64,000 nucleotides of DNA from Candidatus Hydrogenedentota bacterium (GCA_036789645.1 DAIQLC010000025.1:1424-65423); one strand, 5' to 3'; shown: positions 1-9,369, counted from the first letter of the stretch. The notes: generated by a model not told the origin, from the letters alone. Translations and numbers: made by a program.

Positions 1-574
1 AACAGCCCGAACAGCGGTTCGGTCCACCCCGGCCAGGTCGTGCGGGCGACATCGAACACGCCGAGGATGATCACCCCGACCAGCAGCGACATCACCTTCT
101 TGAGCGGGTCAAACCGCCCGCTCCAGACAAGCGCGATCACGCCCAGGGTGATGACCCAGCCGAGAATGAACGGGGGGAGCGGAATGAAGCAGGATGCGAA
201 GATCGCCGCAACGCTTGCTACGGCCGCCGTGGAGATCGCCCCCGTGCACACCTGGCCGATCAAGACCACCCAGACCACCCAGTGCCGCGGGCCGGGCGTC
301 CTGCCGAGCATGTCGATCATGCACTCGCCCGTGCATACGGTGTAACGCGCGCCCGCCAGACCGATCCAGAACTTCGAAAAAATGGCCACGGTCGGCGCCC
401 ACAATACCAGGACCCCGAAGATCGCCCCCGTGCGCGTGGCCAGCACCACCTCGCCCGAGCCAATGTATTCCCCGCACCACACCAGCCCCGGACCCAGCAC
501 CATCAGCAGCGCCAGACCGCGCGGAGGCGCGCCAATGCCTTTAATTAAGGCGCTCTCGTTCTTCCCCGATTCCA
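1..574 (-). CDS. NRAMP/SLC11-family metal-ion transporter homologue. The N-terminal ~190 aa are in the window; the C-terminus runs off the 5' edge.
   Basis: The reverse complement of 1..574 is one open frame starting at an ATG (complement of 572..574): MESGKNESALIKGIGAPPRGLALLMVLGPGLVWCGEYIGSGEVV... It aligns with the E. coli MntH N-terminus as remembered ([33 protein letters not shown]...AKLGIATG): G-P-G, xGYI-motif, GA-FG-LLW and AR-x-V-TG blocks are conserved, with DPGN replaced by GSGE. The ORF track omits it because it reaches the window edge. Confidence 0.55.
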
Positions 575-849
575 TGGAACTGCGGTCCCCTCGACGTCGC
601 CCCCTGTCCAGCACATACTAACGGGAACCCATTGGGGGTTCAATGGAGCTTGAACGCCCGCTTTTTCGCAACCATGCACTGCGTCCACCCCGTCCACGCT
701 CTCCACCGAGACCACCCACGCCTGCGGACTCGTGCAGGCCCCCTACACAGACCACCTGGCCCGGGTGTAGTATGGAGGCCGGTGCCGAACCGTCTGCCGC
801 ATTGAAAACCGGGTCCGGCCTCCCGGAAACAGTCGAAAGGAGGCATACG

Positions 850-1497
850 GTGAGATTACGACCCAGCCGCACGTTCCCATGGTTCCCGGGCTGCGCGCTC
901 TTCCTGATGACGCTCGCGCTGGCGCCGGGATGCCAGAAAGCGCCGCCGCCACAGCCCCCCGCCCCGGAAAACGCCGGGGCGGCCGCGGACGCCTCCCGGC
1001 CCGAACAGCCCGATCAGGAAGGAGGTACCCCCATGACGTTCAGAATCACCAGTTCGGCTTTCGCGGATCAGGCCACCATCCCCAAAGAATACACCGGAGA
1101 CGGGGAAGACGTATCGCCCCCGCTCGCCTGGAACGGCGCGCCGGAGGCCACCCAGTCCTTCGCTTTGATCTGCGACGACCCGGATGCGCCGGTCGGCACA
1201 TGGGTCCATTGGGTGATCTGGAACATCCCGGCCACCGAGACCGGACTCGCTGAGGCGATTCCCCCGGAGCGCCCGGAACTGTCCAACGGCGCCAGGCAAG
1301 GCACAAACGACTTCCGAAAGACCGGTTATGGCGGGCCCGTTCCGCCGCGAGGGCCTGTGCACCGCTATTTCTTCAAACTGTACGCCCTGGACACGGCGCT
1401 CAACCTGGCCTCCGGCGCCAGAAAAAGCGATCTCGAAAAGGCGCTGAAGGGGCACATCCTCGCACAAACGGAACTGGTGGGACGATACAGCCGGTGA
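850..1497 (+). CDS. YbhB/YbcL (phosphatidylethanolamine-binding protein, PEBP) family lipoprotein
   Basis: GTG start at 850 lies 6 nt after AAGGAGG (838-844). The N-terminus MRLRPSRTFPWFPGCALFLMTLALAPGC has a lipobox-like signal peptide. The conserved bacterial PEBP core is present: DVSPPLAWNGAPEATQSFALICDDPDAP...WVHWVIWNIP...GYGGPVPPRGPVHRYFFKLYALD. Confidence 0.8.
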   Translation: MRLRPSRTFPWFPGCALFLMTLALAPGCQKAPPPQPPAPENAGAAADASRPEQPDQEGGTPMTFRITSSAFADQATIPKEYTGDGEDVSPPLAWNGAPEATQSFALICDDPDAPVGTWVHWVIWNIPATETGLAEAIPPERPELSNGARQGTNDFRKTGYGGPVPPRGPVHRYFFKLYALDTALNLASGARKSDLEKALKGHILAQTELVGRYSR

Positions 1498-1662
1498 CCC
1501 GAAATGCCCGCCCGCGTTCTCGGCGTGGCTGGTGTTCCAAACCGGCAGGGCGCGACCCGGCCAGAGGGAAAACCCCGCGTTCGCACGAAATCCTTTCCGA
1601 AAATGCGAAAGATGTGTTAGAGTACCGTTCCGGAGACGATTGGGCTGATATAGACAAACACC

Positions 1663-2607
1663 ATGCTTACAGAAATTGCCAAAAGCGAATACCAACCCGG
1701 CGAGTACATTGCTAAACGCTACGAAGTCAAACGAGCCCTCGGCAAAGGCGGCATGGGCATGGTCTATCTCGTCGTGGACCACAAAACCGGCGAGCCGATG
1801 GCGCTCAAAACCATCCGCCCCGAGTACACCACCAGCGGCTATGCGCTGCACCGGTTTGGCCGCGAAGTCCGCACCATCCGCAAACTGAACCATCCGGGGA
1901 TCGTTCGCATTCGCGACGCGTTCCGCTACGGAACCCTGGTGTTCTACACCATGGATTACGTTGAAGGCCACAGCGTCCGTGAACTCATCCAGGAACGGCG
2001 GCAACTGGGGCTGGGCTCAACCGTTCGCATTCTGGCCCTGGTTGCACATGCCCTGGAACACGCCCACAACTACACCATTCACCGGGACCTGTCGCCGGAA
2101 AACGTCATGGTGCTCGCGGACGGCTCGATCCGCCTGCTGGACTTCGGCCTCGCCAAACTCACCGATGCCGAGCCGACATTTACGCGAATCGGCGTGACCC
2201 TCGGCAAACACCAGTACATCTCGCCCGAACAGCTCATCAGCTCCGCGGAAGTCGATCGCCGGACCGACATCTACGCCCTGGGCGTCATCTTCCACGAAAT
2301 GCTCACGGGCCGTCTGCCCGAGAAGGGCAAGACCATCACCGATTTCGTGCCGACGCTCCCGGAAAGCTGCAACACCTTTTTCGAGAAGGCCACGGCCAAA
2401 TCGCCGCATGACCGGTTCGCCACGGCGGAGGAGTTCCGGGTGGCCATCATCGATCTGTTCAGGGACTATCGGCGCGAGCAGACCGAACCGCAGGCCGCGA
2501 CGGTCCCGGCGGCGGAAACGCCTGCCGCTCCGCACCCTGGATTCTGGCAGCGTCTGAAATCCTGGCTGCGCCCGCGGCCTCGAACAGAAAACCGCACAAA
2601 TACCTAA
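1663..2607 (+). CDS. Eukaryotic-type Ser/Thr protein kinase (Hanks family)
   Basis: Gly-loop LGKGGMGMVY, the ALK lysine, catalytic-loop HRDLSPENVMV, DFGLAK and an APE-like SPEQ motif are all present. Confidence 0.85.
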   Translation: MLTEIAKSEYQPGEYIAKRYEVKRALGKGGMGMVYLVVDHKTGEPMALKTIRPEYTTSGYALHRFGREVRTIRKLNHPGIVRIRDAFRYGTLVFYTMDYVEGHSVRELIQERRQLGLGSTVRILALVAHALEHAHNYTIHRDLSPENVMVLADGSIRLLDFGLAKLTDAEPTFTRIGVTLGKHQYISPEQLISSAEVDRRTDIYALGVIFHEMLTGRLPEKGKTITDFVPTLPESCNTFFEKATAKSPHDRFATAEEFRVAIIDLFRDYRREQTEPQAATVPAAETPAAPHPGFWQRLKSWLRPRPRTENRTNT

Positions 2608-3572
2608 GGGCCCGCCGCCTGGTCGACAACGGAGGCCATCCCTTCCGGCAGCGCTTTCGCGGCATGCGAGTAAACCGTCCCAACCGGGGCCCCGCCCTGG
2701 GCCTCCAGGAAAGCCAGCATGGAGGCGAAGAGCTGTTTGCGTTCCCGCCAGTGCACGTAATCAAATGCGTGCCCCCGGTTCTCGAACAGAATCAGCCCGG
2801 CAGGAACCCCAAGCGCGCAAAGACGGGCGTGGGTGAACTCCGATTGGCGGAAATGAACGAACGAATCCTCTTTCCCGTGCACAAACAGGATGGGCTTGCT
2901 GCACGGCCGGGCGTAGGCGGCCGGAGACGCAAACTCGAACGGTTCCTGACCCCATCCCCGGGCCGCGTCTTTCACGAAGTGCCACACGTACCATCGCCAC
3001 ACACGGCCCAACACGCCCGATTCGGGAGGCTCGTCGAACAGCGTCAAATCCACCGCCCCGTACAGGCTGATGGCCGCATTCACCGCGCTGGACGCGTCCG
3101 GGTTCTCGCTCCCCTCAAACCCGTCCTCCGGAACCGACGTGGCCAGAAACGCCGAAAGATGACCGCCCGCCGACGCTCCAAACGCGTATATCCGGTCGGG
3201 ATCCACCCCATACTCGTCCGCATGCAGACGCATCCAGCGCACCGCGCTCTTGACGTCGTGGAGACAGGCCGGAAAACGGTGGCGCGGCAGTTTCCGGTAA
3301 TCCACCGTGAACACCACGTAACCGCGCCGCGCAAACTCCCGCAGGTACCACCACTGCTGCGCCCGGGGACCATGCAGCCACGCGCCGCCGTGAATCGCCA
3401 CGATGGCGGGCAGGGGAGTGGCCGGCCGCATCCGCGCCTGATAGACATCGAGCCGCAACGTGCGTCCCTGCGGCCGGGCATAGGGAATCCGGCGGTCCAC
3501 CCGCAGATCGCGGGCGCACGAGCACAGGCCGCAGGTCAGGCATAGGACTATTAAAATAAACCGAATGCGCAT
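2604..3572 (-). CDS. Alpha/beta-hydrolase fold-3 esterase/lipase, probably an exported lipoprotein
   Basis: Oxyanion HGGAW motif and nucleophile-elbow GASAGG are present, with an N-terminal MRIRFILIVLCLTCGLCSC signal/lipobox. The start is placed at the ATG at 3572 rather than the ORF-track Met at 3731; the upstream 53 codons are Arg/Cys-rich junk. Confidence 0.8.
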   Translation of the reverse strand: MRIRFILIVLCLTCGLCSCARDLRVDRRIPYARPQGRTLRLDVYQARMRPATPLPAIVAIHGGAWLHGPRAQQWWYLREFARRGYVVFTVDYRKLPRHRFPACLHDVKSAVRWMRLHADEYGVDPDRIYAFGASAGGHLSAFLATSVPEDGFEGSENPDASSAVNAAISLYGAVDLTLFDEPPESGVLGRVWRWYVWHFVKDAARGWGQEPFEFASPAAYARPCSKPILFVHGKEDSFVHFRQSEFTHARLCALGVPAGLILFENRGHAFDYVHWRERKQLFASMLAFLEAQGGAPVGTVYSHAAKALPEGMASVVDQAAGP

Positions 3573-4047
3573 AGAAGATGTAGCATAGAGTCGACCGGGG
3601 GGAAATGCAATTCGCTCCGCATAAGGTATCCGCCTGGGGCCTTGCACGGACAGGAAGAACGTCTGTCTCGCGGGCCTCTGCCAGCTCAGACTGCTGCACC
3701 GGAGGCAGGTACAGGCATTCTTCTTCGTCAATCAGGCGACTTGCCAGACAATCGTTGCTCCAGGTGCATCCAAGCCAAAGCACCGGAATCAGTGATGCGG
3801 AAGTCATCCAACACACCACATTTCCTGCCGGGCTTCTCTCGTTCCTGCCCATTCCGCGCACTCTCCTTCCTTCCGTCTTTTCCTCCTATCTCCCCGCCTG
3901 TGGATTATTACTACTGCCTGCTTATACATTGCAGTATTCTGCATTCTTCTGTCAATGTAAAACTTGCCCTGTGTTGCGCCACATTTCGCGGTTTGAAACT
4001 TTTATGCGTCGCGCGATATTCACAGTGTGAACACAAAAAGGGCGTTG

Positions 4048-4076
4048 TTGACCCGAAGATTTGACTCTGCTACGAT
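4048..4076 (+). promoter_or_regulatory. Sigma70-type promoter upstream of pal: TTGACC (4048-4053), 17-nt spacer, TACGAT (4071-4076)
   Basis: Read directly from the sequence. It sits in a locally AT-richer stretch about 65 nt upstream of the pal start. Confidence 0.4.
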
Positions 4077-4139
4077 CGTCGTGGCTGTAGTGTTCGGGTA
4101 AACCATAACCACGTCAGGTGGAGCGAGGAAGAAGAAGAC

Positions 4140-4676
4140 ATGTCGTACAGAGCATCGATGAAACTGTTTGTGTTGGCCCTGGTCATCGTCGCGGTTGCGG
4201 TCGGCGGTTGCGGCAGAAAGAAGACCCAAATCACCCCCGACCTTACCAGCGATGCCACCGCGGGCCAGAGCACCGGTCCCGAGACCACTACCGGAGCGGG
4301 ACTGCCCAATCTTGAACAAGAGAAGCTGTTCTTCCAGCAGCTGGCCGAAGCCGGCACCGTCTATTTCGCCTATGACAGTTCGCAACTGGACCCCACCGCC
4401 ATGGAAACGCTGAAACGCAATGCGGAGATCATCAAGCAGATGCCCAACTCCGTGATTCAGATCGAGGGCCATTGCGACGAACGCGGCACGCAGCAGTACA
4501 ACCTGGCACTGGGTGAGCGCCGTGCACTGGCCGTGCGCGATTACCTGATTCGCCTCGGCATCTCGGGCGACCGCCTGGTGACGATCAGCTATGGCGAAGA
4601 GGATCCGGCGGATCCGGGCCACAGCGAGTCCGCCTGGGCCAAGAACCGTCGCGCTGAGTTCAACAGAGCGAACTAA
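4140..4676 (+). CDS. pal: Peptidoglycan-associated lipoprotein Pal (OmpA-like domain)
   Basis: Signal peptide with lipobox MKLFVLALVIVAVAVGGC, then the Pal/OmpA signature FAYDSSQL...IEGHCDERGTQQYNLALGERRALAVRDYLIRLGI...ISYGEE. An alternative start is ATG 4158. Confidence 0.85.
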   Translation: MSYRASMKLFVLALVIVAVAVGGCGRKKTQITPDLTSDATAGQSTGPETTTGAGLPNLEQEKLFFQQLAEAGTVYFAYDSSQLDPTAMETLKRNAEIIKQMPNSVIQIEGHCDERGTQQYNLALGERRALAVRDYLIRLGISGDRLVTISYGEEDPADPGHSESAWAKNRRAEFNRAN

Positions 4677-4688
4677 GAGAGGTCATCC

Positions 4689-5609
4689 ATGCGCGTTTCT
4701 TTCATGATTGCCGCCCCTCTGCTCGGGGTCCTGCTGCTCGCCGGGTGTGCCACCACGAGCACGTCGAACGATCCCGTGGCGAACACCATCTATGACATGC
4801 ACCGTAAAGTGTCGCGTCTCGAGAAGGACCTGGGGGGGACCGTCGAGCATCTGAACGAGACCGCGACCGATTTGGGCGTACGGGTCAACGAAACCAATAC
4901 CCAGTCGCGTGAACTCCAGGGTATGGTCGAGGAAAACCAGCAGAAACTGGCCCAACTCGAAAGCAAACTGGATTCGCTGACCGTCAACGTCTACCGGGCA
5001 CTCGGGATTACGGTCCCGTCCGGCAGCCAGTCCAGCACGGGCTGGGGAGCCGGCAGCCAATCCGACGTGGTTCCCGGGACGGTTCAGGTAGAACCGCCCA
5101 GCGCCACAGCCGTCGCGGCGCCGCCCGCTGCCGGGTTGGCAGCGGAACCGGACCCGTTGGCGGACCTGGGGGCGACCGCCCCGTCCGCGGCAGCGGCCCC
5201 CGCTGCCGCCCCCGCGACCACGGGCGCCCTCGACCCTGTACCGGCGTATAACAAGGCCATGGAGGCCTACCAGCGAGATCAGTACGACGAAGCGCTGAAC
5301 CTCTTCAACGACTTCATGTCGCGCTTCCCGAACAGCGAGATCGGCGATAACGCCCAGTTCTGGAAGGGCGAATGCCTCTACAACCTCGGGCGCTACGATG
5401 AGTGCGTTTCCGAATTCGAGAAGCTGCGCGCGCAGCATCCCGAAAGCCCCAAGGTGCCCTACGGCATGTTCAACCAGGCGGCCGCCCACCTCAAATTGGG
5501 ACAACAGGACCGCGCCCTCGCGCTACTGGAGGACCTGGTCGAAAACTATCCCATGACCCCCGCGGCCGCGCGCGCACGCTCCAAACTCGAGGAGGTCAAA
5601 GGCAACTAG
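4689..5609 (+). CDS. cpoB: Tol-Pal system protein YbgF/CpoB (N-terminal coiled coil plus C-terminal TPR-like repeats)
   Basis: It starts 13 nt after pal. It has a signal peptide/lipobox (LLLAGCATT), a coiled-coil segment, a low-complexity Ala/Pro linker, and a C-terminal YbgF-type TPR region (YNKAMEAYQRDQYDEALNLFNDFMSRFPNSEIGDNAQFWKGECLY...). Confidence 0.75.
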   Translation: MRVSFMIAAPLLGVLLLAGCATTSTSNDPVANTIYDMHRKVSRLEKDLGGTVEHLNETATDLGVRVNETNTQSRELQGMVEENQQKLAQLESKLDSLTVNVYRALGITVPSGSQSSTGWGAGSQSDVVPGTVQVEPPSATAVAAPPAAGLAAEPDPLADLGATAPSAAAAPAAAPATTGALDPVPAYNKAMEAYQRDQYDEALNLFNDFMSRFPNSEIGDNAQFWKGECLYNLGRYDECVSEFEKLRAQHPESPKVPYGMFNQAAAHLKLGQQDRALALLEDLVENYPMTPAAARARSKLEEVKGN

Positions 5610-5653
5610 CGCGAATGGCGGGGTTCAGGGTGGTATCATGCAGATGGATTCAA

Positions 5654-5684
5654 GCGCGGGATACGTTCCCGCGCTTTTTTCTTT
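5654..5684 (+). terminator. Rho-independent terminator after cpoB
   Basis: Stem GCGCGGGA (5654-5661), loop TACGT, stem TCCCGCGC (5667-5674), then TTTTTTCTTT. Confidence 0.65.
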
Positions 5685-5708
5685 ATCGTACGGGAGTGAC
5701 AGTCTGAC

Positions 5709-6719
5709 ATGAAGTACTACCTGGGATTGGACGTAGGAGCCACCAAGACGTTCTGTCTCATTGCGGACGCCGCGGCCGGCATCCGGGGTTTCGGGCGCGC
5801 AGGCAACGGCAGCTACGAGCTCCAGGGAACCGCCGCCGCCGCACGCGAGAACCAGCGGGCCGTCCATGACGCCCTGACGGAGGCCGGCCTCACCCTGGCC
5901 GACATCGCCCGGGTTGGCATGGGCGTCGCCGGAGCGGACCTCCCGGAAGATTTCGTCATGCTCGAACGCGAAATCTACACGCCCCTGTTCGGAGACACCC
6001 CCCGGATCTTCCGCAACGATTCCATGGCCGCCATGCGCGGGAGCCTGCGGACATCCCACGGCATTGTGATCGCCTGCGGCACCGGCGTGATTGCGGCCGG
6101 GATAAACCCGGAGGGCCAGGAAGCCCGCGCCGGCGGGCTCAACGAGGAATTCGGCGACTTGTGGACAGGCACCATCATCGGTCGCCAGGGACTCTACGCG
6201 GTTTACCATGCCCGCGACGGCGTCCGCCCTCCGACCCGGCTCACCGGCCTGTTCGTCGAGAAGGCGGGCTGTTCCGATGCCGACGAGTTCTTCTTCAAGA
6301 TGTACCGGCGCGAATTGACCATGGACCAGCTTCAGCCCATGGCCAAACTCGTCTTCGACGCGGCATTTCAAGGCGATCCGGCGGCCTTGGAGATACTGCG
6401 GGCGGCCGGCGGCTATCTTGGCGACCTGGTGATCGCCGTGGCGCGCAAGCTCGGTATGACCGCACAGCCGTTTGACCTGGTCACCGGCGGCAGTGTATTC
6501 AAGGGAAGCAGCCCCGTGCTCAAAGACTGCATGATGGCGCGCGTGCACGAGGTCTGCCCCCTGGCACGGCCGGTCACCCCGGTGTTCGAGCCCGTGGTCG
6601 GCGCGCTTCTCATGGCCCTCGAAAAAGACATTGACATGACGGACGCCATCTACCAGAATCTTGCGGACAGTCTGTCGCAAGCCGAAAAACGTCACAAGGT
6701 GAAGTTCACCGCGGAATAA
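5709..6719 (+). CDS. BadF/BadG/BcrA/BcrD-type ATPase (N-acetylglucosamine-kinase-like sugar kinase)
   Basis: N-terminus MKYYLGLDVGATKT with a glycine-rich phosphate loop, internal GVAG and a C-terminal GG(S/Y) segment typical of the BadF/NAGK family of the ASKHA superfamily. Confidence 0.7.
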   Translation: MKYYLGLDVGATKTFCLIADAAAGIRGFGRAGNGSYELQGTAAAARENQRAVHDALTEAGLTLADIARVGMGVAGADLPEDFVMLEREIYTPLFGDTPRIFRNDSMAAMRGSLRTSHGIVIACGTGVIAAGINPEGQEARAGGLNEEFGDLWTGTIIGRQGLYAVYHARDGVRPPTRLTGLFVEKAGCSDADEFFFKMYRRELTMDQLQPMAKLVFDAAFQGDPAALEILRAAGGYLGDLVIAVARKLGMTAQPFDLVTGGSVFKGSSPVLKDCMMARVHEVCPLARPVTPVFEPVVGALLMALEKDIDMTDAIYQNLADSLSQAEKRHKVKFTAE

Positions 6720-6722
6720 GCC

Positions 6723-7853
6723 ATGCGCATACGTCCAGCGTACGTTGTCATCGTTGTGGTCGCCGCTATCGGCGCCTTTGTCCTGTATGCCGCCCTGAGC
6801 AGCCGGGGCGGACCGGATCAGGGGCTCGGGACGCCGTCCTCCCAGTCGTCCGGGGGCGCGATGCTGCCCCCGGTGGACGTAAACCAGGACCTGGTGCCGG
6901 TGCTCGACATCGGCATGGACACGTTCGACGCGGGCCTGCTGCCCAACGATACAATCACCACCAAGACGATCCCGGTCAAGAACACCGGCCGCAAGAAGCT
7001 CGTCATCCGCCAGATCACCACCACCTGCGCCTGTACGACCGGGAAGATCACCCCGATGGAAATCATGCCCGGGGCCACGGCCACGATGGAGATCACCATC
7101 GAGCCCGACCGTATCCTGGGCTTCTACTCCGAAAAACTGTTGACGATTCTATCCAACGCGCCCGCCTCCCCCATGAAAGAGCTGGTGGTGAAGGCCCACA
7201 TCGAACCCGAGTTTGAGGTGGAGCCCGAAGTCCTGGAGTTCGGCGAGGTCCCCAAGGGCGCCCCCGCCCAGCGGCAGGCCGTGCTCCGCCAGGTGGGCGA
7301 GGAGCCCATTGAACTGCTCGGCGTCGAACCCATCGACAAGAAGGACAAGAGCTGTTCGTTCACCTTCGCGAAGCGCCCCGAAGCCGAATGGCGCACGCCC
7401 GGCAAGCCGGAATACCTCATCACGGCCGCCCTCGAGCCCATCGCTCCCATAGGTAAGTACTCCAAATCCTTCGTCATCGAAACCACCTGCCGGCGCGTGG
7501 GCCGCTACCGTTTGCAGCTCGACGCCACCGTCACGGGTTTCTACGAGTTGACCGAGAAGGAAATCGCCTTCACCTGGAACCGGGCAAGGCCCCTGGACGG
7601 TCCCGTCGGCGCCCTGCTGGTCGCGGCCGACCGCCCGGTCGAGATCGTCGACGCCCGGGTATCGGGCGAGCTCTTCATCGTCAAGACCGCGCCCGGACCG
7701 CGCCCCAACACGGTCGCCATCGAACTGTACATTAACGGTGCACCGGACGCGGGACGAAGGGACGAGGAACTTACATTTGCGGTCAAGGGAGAGGACGGCG
7801 CCCTGCTTCCGAACGTCGTCCCGGTGCGCGGCACCATCATCGACGCGAAATAG
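6723..7853 (+). CDS. DUF1573-domain protein (signal-anchored; two ASH-like beta-sandwich domains)
   Basis: N-terminal TM segment, then FDAGLLPNDTITTKTIPVKNTGRKKLVIRQITTTCACTTGKITPMEIMPGATATMEI, which matches the DUF1573 consensus (FDFG...NTG..PL.I..V.tSCGCT....PG). A second degenerate copy is around 7240-7400. Confidence 0.65.
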   Translation: MRIRPAYVVIVVVAAIGAFVLYAALSSRGGPDQGLGTPSSQSSGGAMLPPVDVNQDLVPVLDIGMDTFDAGLLPNDTITTKTIPVKNTGRKKLVIRQITTTCACTTGKITPMEIMPGATATMEITIEPDRILGFYSEKLLTILSNAPASPMKELVVKAHIEPEFEVEPEVLEFGEVPKGAPAQRQAVLRQVGEEPIELLGVEPIDKKDKSCSFTFAKRPEAEWRTPGKPEYLITAALEPIAPIGKYSKSFVIETTCRRVGRYRLQLDATVTGFYELTEKEIAFTWNRARPLDGPVGALLVAADRPVEIVDARVSGELFIVKTAPGPRPNTVAIELYINGAPDAGRRDEELTFAVKGEDGALLPNVVPVRGTIIDAK

Positions 7854-7906
7854 TCACTGGACAGCGCACCAGGAACGGGATCCAAGTGCGGGGAGGCATA
7901 CGAACC

Positions 7907-9337
7907 ATGCTGACGGAATCCATTGCACGCGCGCGCCTCGAAGAAAACGGCCAGGAACACGTGTTCCGTTTCTGGGACCAGCTCACCGGCCCCGAACGTG
8001 CGCAGCTGCTCGCGCAAATCGAGTCCATCGACTTCAGACTCATGAACCGCCTGGTGGCGGAATGGGTCAAAAGCGAGCCGCCGGAAGAACGGTTTGGCCG
8101 CATCGACCCCGTGCCCGTGATTCCGAAGGGCGGGGGAGAGGATGCCCGGGAAGCCTGGCAGGCCGGCGAGGAAGCGCTCAAACAGGGCCGCGTCGGGCTT
8201 CTGCTCGTCGCCGGGGGCCAGGGAACCCGTCTCGGGTTCGATGGCCCCAAGGGCGCCTATCCGATCGGCCCGATCACGCGAAAGAGCATCTTCGGCTACC
8301 ACGCGGAGAAAATCCGCAACCTCCAGCGCCGGTACAACTGCAGCCTGCCCTGGTACATCATGGTCAGCGACACCAACCACGAACAGACCCGGGCGTTCTT
8401 CGAGAAGAACCACTATTTCGGCATCGAGCCCGGCAACGTGGTCTTTTTTGAACAGCGCATGGTCCCCTGTGTCGATCAGGACGGCAAATTCATGCTGGAC
8501 CAGCCCGGCTGCCTCGCCATGAACCCCAACGGCCACGGGGGCGTCATCCCGGCCGTTGTGGACAACGGCATCGCCAGGGACGCCCGAAACCGCGGGGTCG
8601 ACACCCTGAGCTACTTCCAGGTCGACAACTGGGCCGTCAAGGTGGCCGACCCCCTGTTCATCGGCTATCACGTCATGCGCGCGGCCATGATGTCCTCAAA
8701 AACCCACCGCAAAGACAAGCCGCGCGAGGCGGTCGGCGTCCATTGCCTCTGTGACGGGGTGTACCGGGTCATTGAATACACCGTGCTCGACCTCTATCCC
8801 CAGTTGCTCGAGACCGATTCCGCGGGCAACCTGATCCACTATGCCGGCAGTCCCGCAATCCACATACTCGATGTGGGATTCATCGAATCGTTGAACGCCA
8901 ACTACGACAACTTCCCCTGGTGGCGCGCCCACAAGAAGATCCCCTGCCTCAACGAACGCGGCGAGCGCATCGAACCCCGCGAACCCAACGGGTACAAGTT
9001 CGAGACCTTCATCTTCGACGCGCTCCGCTTCGTCACGCACGACCCGGTGGTCCTGGAGATTCCGCGCCTCGGAGAATACACTCCCATCAAGGCCTATGAA
9101 GGCGACAACAGCGTCGTCGCCGCGCGTGAATCCATGCGCGCGCTGTGGGGTGGGTGGCTCGAACGCGCCGGGTTTCCGGTCCGTCGCGATACCGCGGACA
9201 AGGTCGCCGTCGACATCGAGATCAGCCCCGATTTCGCGCTCAGCGAACAGGAGTTCATCGAACGCGCCAAAGGACACATCTACGACGCGCTGTCTGACGT
9301 CGCCATCGGACCGGACGGACGCATCGAGAACCGCTGA
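7907..9337 (+). CDS. UDP-N-acetylglucosamine / UDP-sugar pyrophosphorylase of the eukaryotic UAP1/UDPGP family
   Basis: It has the UDPGP signature LLVAGGQGTRLG, the KG.YP..P and N.NGHGG motifs, and is about 477 aa. The start is placed at ATG 7907, 9 nt after GGGGAGG; the ORF-track start at 7886 is a GTG without an RBS. Confidence 0.8.
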   Translation: MLTESIARARLEENGQEHVFRFWDQLTGPERAQLLAQIESIDFRLMNRLVAEWVKSEPPEERFGRIDPVPVIPKGGGEDAREAWQAGEEALKQGRVGLLLVAGGQGTRLGFDGPKGAYPIGPITRKSIFGYHAEKIRNLQRRYNCSLPWYIMVSDTNHEQTRAFFEKNHYFGIEPGNVVFFEQRMVPCVDQDGKFMLDQPGCLAMNPNGHGGVIPAVVDNGIARDARNRGVDTLSYFQVDNWAVKVADPLFIGYHVMRAAMMSSKTHRKDKPREAVGVHCLCDGVYRVIEYTVLDLYPQLLETDSAGNLIHYAGSPAIHILDVGFIESLNANYDNFPWWRAHKKIPCLNERGERIEPREPNGYKFETFIFDALRFVTHDPVVLEIPRLGEYTPIKAYEGDNSVVAARESMRALWGGWLERAGFPVRRDTADKVAVDIEISPDFALSEQEFIERAKGHIYDALSDVAIGPDGRIENR

Positions 9338-9369
9338 CCTCGCGACAGCCGCATTCCGCCGGTCCGCAT

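Noticed and set aside
109-480. 123-aa minus-strand ORF at the window start
   Set aside because: It is in the wrong frame relative to the uninterrupted Nramp-like reading frame that spans 1..574 on the same strand.
856-2004. 382-aa minus-strand ORF overlapping the PEBP and kinase genes
   Set aside because: It is antisense to two well-supported genes. The translation is Arg/Gly/Ala-rich low-complexity sequence with no recognisable domain. This is a typical GC-rich shadow ORF.
2604-3731. Using the first in-frame Met (3731) as the start of the esterase
   Set aside because: The first 53 codons lack a signal peptide and read as junk. The Met at 3572 starts a clean lipoprotein signal peptide.
3590-3861. 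Possible small gene or ncRNA in the long spacer upstream of pal (ORFs 3605..4030+, 3642..4064+, 3115..3861-)
   Set aside because: The translations are low-complexity with no RBS. Without covariance or expression data I cannot support a coding or RNA feature.
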